Of a DNA stretch of 16,712 nt, positions 1 to 8,451 are shown one piece after another; positions within the stretch are counted from its first letter, which is position 1; each line of letters starts with the position of its first letter. Source of the stretch: Fonticula alba ATCC 38817 (lineage: Eukaryota; Protista; Nucleariida); assembly GCA_000388065.2 (NCBI GenBank), contig KK197998.1, one strand, 5' to 3'. The position numbers and the translations under genes were made by a program. The notes beneath the pieces are model-generated. The model ran no database searches. It saw only the letters and a program-made list of their open reading frames with translations, and had not been told where the DNA came from.

Positions 1-57
1 CTGACGCACCAGCTCTCCCCTGCCTTTCCTTCGTGCCAAATAGATCAGGGGCTCATC

Positions 58-2412
58 ATGGTCCTGCCACTGAAGAGCTCCAAGGGCGATAGTGGCAGCA
101 CTATCGCTCCTGAGAATGACATTACCCGCTCACGCCCCAAGGACAGAAAGAAGTCGAGTAAGCCAGATCGCCAGGAGCCTCAGCGGCAGAAGGGGGACTT
201 GGATGTTCGGAAGCGTCGAAAGGAAAAGCAAGCTACCAAACTTGCAGCCACTAACAATGCCGCATCCTCCACGCTCTCCGCCGTCCCTGTGGCTTCTTCC
301 ACAACAGCACCCGCAGTGGCTGATTTGCAAGATCTGCCGGAGAACAGCATCGATGCATCGCGTGGGGCGAAGCGCCTTCGGCGAAAGGAGCGCAAGGCCC
401 ACGCGGCTGCCTTGGCGGCCGCCGAGGTCGCCGTTACCGAAGCTGCCGCCGCCACCAAAGTGGCCACTGATCATGCCCAGCCCTCCAAGAAGGACAAGCG
501 AGACAAAAAACACAAGGACCACATGAATCAGCAGCAGAAAGACAACAGGAAGGCGTCCACCTCCGCCGGGGGCCTATCGGCGTCCAGTCTGGCGGAGCTG
601 GCGCGGCAACCAGCCAGCTCGGCCACCGGTGGTGCCAGTGGCGCTCGCGATCGGACCTTCTCCATGCCGCTGGCCAACTCCCTGGGATCCTCTCTGGCCA
701 GGACCCCACTCCGTGCCTTCTCCGCGGTCTCGGCCTCCTCTCCGGCTCCAGTCCAGTCGTCGAGCCGCCAGAAGCTCCCTTCCCCGGAGTCCTCGCCGAC
801 GGAGCTGGGCCCCTCGGTGATCTCCAAACAACACATGTTGACTTCGCTGGGAGCCGAATCCAAGAAGCGCTCGTCTACCGCCTCGCCTGGTCCGTCAGAT
901 GTGCCCCGAAAGAGCTCGAAGCTGGACGAGTCTGCTGCTGCTGCTGCTGCTGCTGCTGTGAATGTGCTGTCCGCTACCACCCCTCTGCTTGAGACGGAAG
1001 ATGACTCGGGCCACGAGACCGCCGATGAGACTACCGAGACCCTGGACGGCACTGTGGCCACAAATTCTCCGTCGGCCAGCGCTTCCTTTGGCATCACCAC
1101 TTCTCCAATCATCGAGCAGGGGCTTGCGGATTGTGATGTCCCCGGTGTCCAAGCAGGCACCATGGGTGAGGAGGCCGGGCGAAAGGACCACACGACGGAC
1201 GCAGAGATGGAGGCTGACGAGGCCAACGAGGAGGACGAGGAGGACGAGGAGGACGAGGACGAGGAAGATGACGACGAGGAGGACAGCACGGACGAGGATG
1301 AGGATGAGGGCACGCCCCCTCCCTTTGTCCTTGGTGACCAGCTGGCCGATCCCACCTTTGACGCCATGCTCCAGATGGAGTCCCAGCCTACCGGCAATGG
1401 GGCCTTCTTTGCGTCACTCGGCACTGTCCCTTCTTTCTTCAGCGGGCTTTTGCCGACGTCGTCATCGTCGTCATCGGCCCCGGGTCCCACTTCAACCACC
1501 CCGCCCCTATCTGCCGCCTCAATCGCGGGAACCAGCTCGGCTGCTCCAGCATCGAGCCTCGGATCCTTGTCAGGGGTGACTCCCCTGCCGATGTTCGGGA
1601 ATCTCTCGGGGACCACCGATGAAATCGAGTCCAAGACATCCGGTGTGGCAGCCAACAAGACCGGGGTCGAGTCCATGTCCATGGCGCGGACCGAACCTCT
1701 CATTGAGGCGTCTCCGTGTGGGCCAGCATCCGAACCCGAATCCAAATCCGTTCCGACACTTGTGACAGCGGTGGAGAAGTCGATCTCCACATTCACAACC
1801 GAGGCGGCGCCTGCCTCCGAGATCGTTTCTGAACCTGCTCCCGAGCCGATGGCTGTCGATCCCTCCACGCCTAGAATGAAGGCCGCGAGTCCGGCCCCGG
1901 GGGCACTCTCGGCCTCTTCGCGCGACGCGTCCTTCCCTGTCCGGATCCTGCTGGCAGGGCGGCGCTTCATCCTGCCTGTTCGGCCATCTTGGCCGGTGGC
2001 TCAGGTGGCCAAGGTAGCCGCCGAAGTGTATCTGTCTATGTACGTCCGGTCGGGTTGCCCGCACCCCCCGCCGTCTGTGCCGGCCTTGCGGGATCTTTCG
2101 GCCGAGTCCCTTCAGACGGTGTATGATGTGGTGCTTGCCATATCCGAAGATCGTGCGCCGGCCTTCGTTCAGTGCGTCGACACCTCTTCCTCCCTGTCGC
2201 TGGGTAATTTGGACGCGCTCGACATCTCGGCTGGCTTCGACTTGCCAGCCGCCGAGCTCATCGGCGATCTGGTCGACAAGTACATGTCCCTGCAGGTGTT
2301 TGCCGACTATGGCACAATCACCCCGGAGGGTGCGTTTCTGTCAACTCCCCGAATTAGGCGGCCTTTTCTTCGAGCTTGTGGTAACAGTCTTTCCTCCTGC
2401 TCCTCCTCCCCT

Positions 2413-2451
<39 letters not shown>

Positions 2452-3829
2452 GCAAAACCATCAGTAGTGGACACAAAAAAGCGCCGCGCATCGGATGCCC
2501 AGGCATTGGAGGATGAAACGTCGGCCACGAAGCGAACTCGCACATGTGGTGCCGAGGGCAAATCGCCGTTCAACTCCGGGCCGAATTCACTCGTCAACCC
2601 CGACTCCAACCCGGCCACCGATGCGGATCTCGATCTGCTTATCAATCTCAATCGGGCTTCGCACAGCAGCGACACCGTGATCCCGCCAGCTCAAGGGTCT
2701 TTCCCAGAGAAGAGCCTTCCTCTGAGTCCCAGCCTGGCACTCATTCCGAATGTCGAGGAGGCTATGGCCCTGGTGCTTGCTCTGAAGCAGGAAACCGACA
2801 AAGCTGCCACTCGCGCACTGGAAGCGGAGAACCGACGCAGGCAGATCGAGCAGGAGATTGATGCCCTGCGTCAACGCATGCAAGGCTCAACCGACGGCGC
2901 CAGGGGGGCCACTCCTGAGGCTGTGGCTGGTGGTCCTGCCGCGACAGCCTCCATCCCTCCAGGGGTTTCGGACCCGGCTCCCGCCGGCCCCGCGATCACT
3001 ACTGCCAACGTCGAGGTCGGCCAGGATGCTGCGCAGTCGTCTGTATATTCGCAGCCGATCCCATCGCAGTCTCCTTCGCCGCTGCATGCACAGACAAATG
3101 TCCTGGGTCAGGACTCACGCGCGGCCCAGCCTCGTGTACTGGTCGGCGCCAATCGCACTCGCACAACCAAGCCGACGGTCGACGAGACCGACTCCGACTC
3201 AGACCACGAGCCGAAGGGCTCTGGTCGTGACACCCGCCGACCGGCCTCCTCATCCACCCCCGCCCTGCAGGGCTCGACACCGGCGGCTCCAGTGGCCCAT
3301 AGCAACTCCGGGACCCCAACTGGGCTGCTGAGCACATTGATTCAGAATGGTTCGTCCTCATGTCCATCTTTCGCCTCTGGGCCCTTTCTCCTGTTATGTG
3401 CACACGTGGGGGGGGGGGCCTTCACAGCGGCGAAGGGAAAGCAGTGGGACAAGAACCCAGCAAAAAAAAAAAAAGACCCACATCACAGGGGGCCATAGGC
3501 CTGGATATTAACATAAGAACGGCCTCTACCTCGACATTGGCCCCTCCTGGCCTCTGCCTCCCATCCTGCACCACCTCGCAGCGGGTGCCAAATCCTTCAC
3601 ATCCTCCTCTGCATCTCCGGTGGGGGGGATCCTGAATCTTGGCCAGACTTCTCCATCCCCGACTGAGGGTCCTGCTGGCGCAAAATCGCCGTCCCTTCTC
3701 CAGGAAACCTCACCTCCGATCCTGAAGCGACCCAGTGTCTCGCCAGTGTCGGGCTCTAAGGCAGTCCCTCTGGTGCCTGCTCGCCTGGTTGCCCCGACCA
3801 CTTCTGTCCCCCCGCAGGGGGGGGCCTGA
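58..3829 (+). CDS. Spliced gene, about 1134 aa: low-complexity Lys/Ser/acidic protein with a ubiquitin-like domain (TONSL or Net1/Dnt1 N-terminal type) and a coiled coil; probably nuclear or nucleolar
   Basis: Model join(58..2329,2465..3349,3582..3829) = 3405 nt, in frame to TGA at 3827-3829. Intron 1 2330-2464 runs GTGCGT...(CA)n...CATCAG. Intron 2 3350-3581 runs GTTCGT...pyrimidine-rich...CGCAG. Both are phase 1. Features: basic clusters (KRLRRKERK, KKDKRDKKHK), poly-Ala, a D/E tract, a globular segment at about 1933-2310, and a heptad-like helix EEAMALVLALKQE...EIDALRQRMQ at about 2755-2883. The start may lie upstream: bases 1-48 look like an intron end (CTGAC, pyrimidines, TAG/CAG) and the frame is open to base 1. 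Confidence 0.8.
934..957 (+). repeat. (GCT)8 coding trinucleotide repeat (poly-Ala) in gene 1
   Basis: Eight perfect GCT codons, ESAAAAAAAAV. Confidence 0.9.
1207..1308 (+). repeat. Acidic D/E low-complexity tract in gene 1
   Basis: GAG/GAC/GAT-rich repeat encoding MEADEANEEDEEDEEDEDEEDDDEEDSTDEDEDE. Confidence 0.9.
2414..2450. repeat. (CA)18 microsatellite in gene 1 intron 1
   Basis: Direct reading. It gives the HTHTHT run in the unspliced ORF. Confidence 0.95.
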
Positions 3830-3843
3830 GCGGCGGACGTAAG

Positions 3844-3985
3844 GCGCGGGAAGGCAGGCGCTCGGAAAGCGCGCGGCCTTCTGGCGATCGCGCCAAATGC
3901 CCCCGGCGTGATATATAGATCACATGCGCGGACGATGCGATCGGCGCCTCTGTCCCGGGTGGCGGGCGGGGCGGGTTCCGCCCCA
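3844..3985 (+). promoter_or_regulatory. Probable promoter of the 4280 gene: TATATA, GC boxes and E2F-like sites
   Basis: TATATA at 3912-3917. GGGCGG repeats at about 3960-3984. GCGCCAAA at 3890-3897 (reverse complement TTTGGCGC) and GCGCGGGAA at 3844-3852. All lie just after the gene 1 stop codon. Confidence 0.4.
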
Positions 3986-4279
3986 CTTGGCACCAGGACT
4001 GCCGCCGCACATGTTCCGCGCACACCCTGTCTCTCTCTTCTCTCTCTCCCTCTCTCCCCTTTCCTCGACCCCATCTAGCGCACATGCATGTGTCGTGCAC
4101 GGCATTAATAGACCCCACCTCACAGCACAAGGAGGCCCCTTGTTGGCACATCTCAGTTTTTCCCCTCCTCCCCCCCCCCCCCCCCCGTGCCTCCCCTTCT
4201 CCTTTTTTCCTTGCCTCTCCAACTCCGGGGAAAAGTCGCACGGCCCCCTGCTTTGCATGCCTGTGTGGTGAAGTAAGCC

Positions 4280-4674
4280 ATGGATCAGGAGCCATACTTG
4301 CCGAAGGGCGATTTCTATGTCACTTCAGCCTGCCGCCACCTTTTGGGCGCATTCGTCGGGCACTTTCACGACCATGGAATTGCCCAGCAATCGCTGCCTG
4401 CTGAGGCAGCCATGCTGAGCCGGAGCTCTCTCTCCCGCCCGGTGGACTGTTTGTCGGTGATCGGTGTCCAGCCTGCATCCAGCACACTTCTGTCGACCGA
4501 TCTCTCCGAGACCGAGGCCCTGGCCCATACAGATTGTTGGCTGGAACACCTCCCAGCATATCAGTGCGACACGCGCGACACGTCCAGCTGTACGGTCATC
4601 TGGCGGCATTTTGTCCGGTACGCTCGTGCCACTCGGGGGCCAAGTCGAAACAATGCACCCGTCGACTTTTCTCC

Positions 4675-4711
<37 letters not shown>

Positions 4712-4931
4712 TATGCATCCCTCTCTTCCTCCCGCTCTCCCTCTCATGCACACACGCGGCCTCTGGCTTGCCACTCACTATAATCGCAGCTGTGCCAGTC
4801 CGATTATGACAGCCAATGGGAGAACCCCCCTCCTGCGAATGGTCCAATTGGCCAATCCTCCGGCTGACTGGGTTCCCCCAGCTGATGAGATTGTCATCGA
4901 CCATATGGACCCATCGAAGGCCAGTGGCTGA
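4280..4931 (+). CDS. Spliced hypothetical protein, 159 aa, family not recognised
   Basis: Model join(4280..4617,4790..4931) = 480 nt. ATG is in a GCCATGG context with an in-frame TAA just upstream. The phase-2 intron 4618-4789 (GTACGC...(CT)n(CA)n...TCGCAG) joins the non-repetitive parts of ORF 4280..4783 and ORF 4464..4931, giving ...TVIWRHFVR|CASPIMTANGRTPLLRMVQL...ASG*. Confidence 0.65.
4677..4711. repeat. Compound (CT)n(CA)n microsatellite in the gene 2 intron
   Basis: Direct reading. Confidence 0.9.
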
Positions 4932-5231
4932 CGGCTCCGTGTACCTGCTCTCGTCACAGTGTTCAAGATGGCGTGGCCTCCAGCGAGCTTACATGAAAAT
5001 AATAGACGGCCTTGGGGGTTACCTTAGCTCCACTTACAACGACACCGGAAGATGTGTCATCACCAAAGGCGGAAAGGAGGGGGAAGGGTGGGGGGGGGGT
5101 ATATTACTGCGGTGAAGTGGGCACGGAGGAGAAAAAAAAGGAACCACGTCCCTCTCCCCGCAAACTGGCGAGGACGGGACAACCGAAAGGGAGAAGGTCG
5201 ACCTTCCCCTTCTACCCCCCGACACGTGGGC

Positions 5232-7268
5232 TCAAACATCAAGGTCGGGTGATTGAACGGTGGGGGGCATCACCGGCACCGTCTGTGACGTGGCCTCGGG
5301 TGTTTCCAGCAGGAGGTATGAGCTGATGGTTGACCGACAGACAGGGCACTTGTCCAGCTCCTTGAAACTGCGGGCAGTGACACATCAGGAGATAGGTGGA
5401 TGGTTAGCTGCAAAGGGAGCCTGGAAAGAGAAAGACCCCCACCATGCGTGAGAGACAGATGCAGGGGGAGGCGCACCAAAGGCGGCACACAGACAGGTGC
5501 CGACAGGGAAGCAGGATAACCGTCGGGATGTCGCTCAGGCAGACAACACACTCGGAGTCGTCCTCGGTCCAGGGAGGAAGATCGAAGTTGGAGGCGTAAT
5601 CCGGGGCGACGGGAGCCCCGGCGGCCGGTGGGAATGCAGAGTCACCGCCATCCGGGCTGGCAACCGTGATGGGAGTACGATGAGAGGTGCCCCCTTGGTG
5701 CCAGTGCTCGGCTGTGGTGGGCGGACGTGCAGGGAGCAATGCGGGGGTGTGCGAGCCATCGGATGCAGAAGAGGATGCCACCATCGCGCTTGATGAGCTC
5801 CGCCCGCTGACATCGCCAAAGCCAACATGGAAGACGTCATCCAAAGTGGTGACCGTTCGCGATTGGGCCAACAGGACGCACTGCCAGATGAGGGTCACAG
5901 CGCCAAGGGGCGAGGCGCTGGGACTGGCTGGAGGCGCGCTCGTGGCCGCGGCCGTGGCAGCCAAGCTCCCCCGGATGAGGGGAACATCGAAGAGGGACAC
6001 TTCGGCCGCAGTGGACAATGGCGACCAGGACACCATAACCAGCGGACAAACCGGCCCAGAACGGGACAAGTGCTGGCTCAGCCGGCCAAGCTTGGTGCCC
6101 ATGTCGTCCATGTCATCATCGGCCAGGGGGTTCTTTGGGAGGATGGGGAAAACCGCCCCCGTGGAGGAGAACCCAGCGACCAGGGATTCCGAGGCGAAGG
6201 AGCTCGATTTCAGGGCCTGGCAAAAGTCCCCGGCGAAGCCTTCCACACTGCGAAATGCCATGGTGGCCAGTTGCTCGGCGACCGGGAGCCCAGCCGCACC
6301 GCCATGAGCCCCGGTGGTGCTGCCGTCCAGCAGCAGCTCCGAATCGGCCAACGAGTGCCCGGAGGCCATGGCCAGCTGCTCCAGGGGCGGGTCTTCAAAG
6401 AGGGCGCGCGCGGAGGCCCATGATGTGGCCAGCTGCTGCAGAGTGCTGGACAGGATCGAGGAGTCGGCCTGGGGGACGCCATCACCGACAGGGACAGCCT
6501 CGGGAGATGAACCTTCGGCCGGAACAAGTGTCCGGCGCAGGATGTGCAATGGGACATACCAAAAGAGGCGGACCCGGGTCGGATATGCGTCGGCATCGGT
6601 GCCCGGGGCAGCTGCAGGGTCAGCCGTCGGAGTTATGGCCGGGGTTGATCCTTGGGGACTGGGTGTGGGGCCAAATTCCGCAGGGATATTGGCAGTAGGA
6701 TGGACTTGGCGGAAGAGAAACCGCAAGTCGGGCAGCACCGGCGGCAGAAGACCAGATGAAGGGGATGTTTGTGAAGGGGGCGCAATCGTGGCAGTGGTCT
6801 TGTTGCTGAGAAGCCGCACGCCGAAGTGGGCTCGGCGAATGTCTCGCAGGATCTCCCCATAATGGACGCGTGCGACGCGGTCAAAATGGGATGACGTGTA
6901 GGAGCTCAAGCTGGCGCTCTCAGTGTCGAGAAGCCCGTCGAGGCGGACCACCTGGCCAGACAGATGGGCAGAGCGGTCAGAAGGGCACAGATGGGCACGG
7001 ATGGGCACGGATGGGCACGGATGGGCACGGATGGGCACGGATGGGCACGGATGGGGAGGGGGAAGTGGAGGTGGGTGGATGCCGGGGGAGGGCGCACCTC
7101 ATTGAGACGTTGCGCCTGGAGGAGATCATTCAACTTGGAGTATTTCTTCCAAAGGCGGCCGATCCAGAGAACAACACCGATCGCGGAGAGGCCCAGTAGA
7201 GCGAGGATTTGTAGCCAAGATGTCGAATAGTAGTTGGGGACGGGCCCCACATAGGGGTTGATGTCCAT
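5232..7268 (-). CDS. CGRRF1: Membrane-anchored RING-HC (C3HC4) E3 ubiquitin ligase, CGRRF1-like, 593 aa
   Basis: Model complement(join(5232..5367,5477..6951,7098..7268)) = 1782 nt. Intron 6952-7097 is phase 0 (GTGCGC...CTGAC...CAG). Intron 5368-5476 is phase 2 (GTGCGC...GCTAAC...CAG). Splicing completes the RING: CVVCLSDIPTVILLPCRHLSVCRLC|FKELDKCPVCR. The N-terminal TM segment WLQILALLGLSAIGVVLWI is followed by RLWKKYSK. The internal motifs VRLFWYVP, CPLVMVSW and LIWQCVLLAQSRTVTTLDDVF resemble the CGRRF1 middle region as I recall it (YPLVALL, ILYQYLLLAQGQFHDLKQLF). RING E3 is certain; the orthology is less so. Confidence 0.85.
6991..7050. repeat. Minisatellite (ATGGGCACGG)x6 inside intron 1 of the RING gene
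   Basis: Six perfect 10-nt units, with degenerate copies at 6963-6990 and a partial copy at 7051-7056. Confidence 0.95.
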
Positions 7269-7865
7269 GGTGGTGCCGGCCAGGGGGCGGAAACAGCAAG
7301 CGACGAGAAAACAGGAAAAGCCGGGGCGAGGGAGAGAGAGGAGGAGGAAAGAAAGAGAGAAGGAGAGGAAGCCCAGTGGCCTGGTGGGTCGATCAGCTGT
7401 TAACGACGCCAACCGTCAGCAGGGGAGGGCAGGGAGGAGGCGGATAAGGACGGAGGAAGCTGGGGAGGCACGCGGCGAGGTGCGACCGAGGTGGCTGATG
7501 TTCCTCCACCTCAACTGATCGGAAAAGGGAAATCCCCAAAGGGCGGCGAGGGCCGCCCATCGGGCGGGTGGCGGCGGGACTGCCAGACAGGGAAACACCA
7601 TGGGCTCCTGCCGGGGGGGGGGGGGGCAACAGTGCGGGCAGTCGGGTCAGCCGCACTTGCGGCGGATGTTCCCGAGCCTGGAACGGGGGGGGGGGGGCCA
7701 GATCGGGCTTCGGGGGGCGCTGGCCGCGGAACCGGGGGCCATCGACGGGCAGCCCTGTGGTTGGTGGTGTGATCATCCCTGAGACACGAGCGGGAGTGGC
7801 GCGCGTGTCTCGCGCGTGATCGTGTCAGCGATTGAGGCACCTCACCTCAATTCGAGAATGGCGAA

Positions 7866-7925
7866 TCGGGCGGGCGATCTCATTGGCTGGGCGCCTTTTT
7901 GAGAATCAGACCTGTGGGGCGGGCG
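7866..7925 (-). promoter_or_regulatory. Possible promoter elements of the RING gene: CCAAT box and GC boxes
   Basis: CATTGG at 7881-7886 reads CCAATG on the minus strand, with GGGCGG boxes on either side, about 600 nt upstream of the ATG at 7268. Short motifs in GC-rich DNA, so support is weak. Confidence 0.3.
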
Positions 7926-7978
7926 CGCGCGTGTGTGTTGTATGTGTGTGTGTGTGCGCGCGCGCGCACGCGTGTGCA
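7923..7978. repeat. Alternating purine-pyrimidine tract (GC)n/(GT)n
   Basis: gcgcgcgcgtgtgtgttgtatgtgtgtgtgtgtgcgcgcgcgcgcacgcgtgtgca, with a single phase break. Confidence 0.85.
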
Positions 7979-8432
7979 CCCGGGGGCCTGGCGGCTCCGC
8001 TCCGGCGCCTGGTTAGGCGTCGGAGAACGGGCCGCGACATATTGTTCGACCCGGGCGGCGGCGGGCACATTGGGCGCCAGGTCGTCCTAGCCCCCGAGCC
8101 CTGCCTCGGCCCTTGGTGCGTTTTTGGCGCGCCAAGGAAATCTTTTAGGGAACCCTTCGGCGGGGGGCGGGGGGGGCGACCCGGTCTAGCCAGACATTCG
8201 GGCTAGGGCGGGGGGCGGCCGGGGCTGCCCCGGGGAACGTTCCCCGTCAGACAGTGGTCAAGCAATGGACGCAAGTTTGAGGACTGTATGAGGCATATTT
8301 AATAATAGATAATATCTGGTCGAACGGGCCATGCGTTTCCCTCCGGGGGACGAGTGCGCCTCAACGTGAAAAAAAACGGCGAGCCTCGGCCCGCCGCGAA
8401 AGTCGGAGGCGGGAGGAGTTAATCGTTCGGCC

Positions 8433-8451
8433 TGTGTGTGTGTGTGTGTGT
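8433..8451. repeat. (TG)9 microsatellite
   Basis: Direct reading. Confidence 0.9.

Noticed and set aside
528-1970. 480-aa minus-strand Ser-rich ORF
   Set aside because: Antisense shadow of gene 1; the poly-Ser is the complement of the GAG/GAC acidic tract.
58-3498. The 1146-aa ORF as the true protein
   Set aside because: It reads through a (CA)n intron and into a second intron containing poly-G and poly-A. The spliced model gives a cleaner C-terminus.
5497-6862. Several 100-200 aa plus-strand ORFs
   Set aside because: Antisense to the RING gene exon 2; long open frames are expected at this GC content.
6963-7056. CRISPR-like array
   Set aside because: Head-to-tail 10-nt units with no spacers, inside a eukaryotic intron, and no cas genes.
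7995-8065. tRNA-like motifs (TGGTTA loop and GTTCGA)
   Set aside because: No T-stem pairing, anticodon arm or acceptor stem can be formed.
8270-8410. Hammerhead ribozyme, U2/U6 snRNA or RNase MRP-like fragments
   Set aside because: Only short partial matches (CTGTATGAG, AATATCTG, GCATGGCCC, GAAAGTC). The invariant cores CUGAUGA, GUAGUA and ACAGAGA are absent or misplaced.
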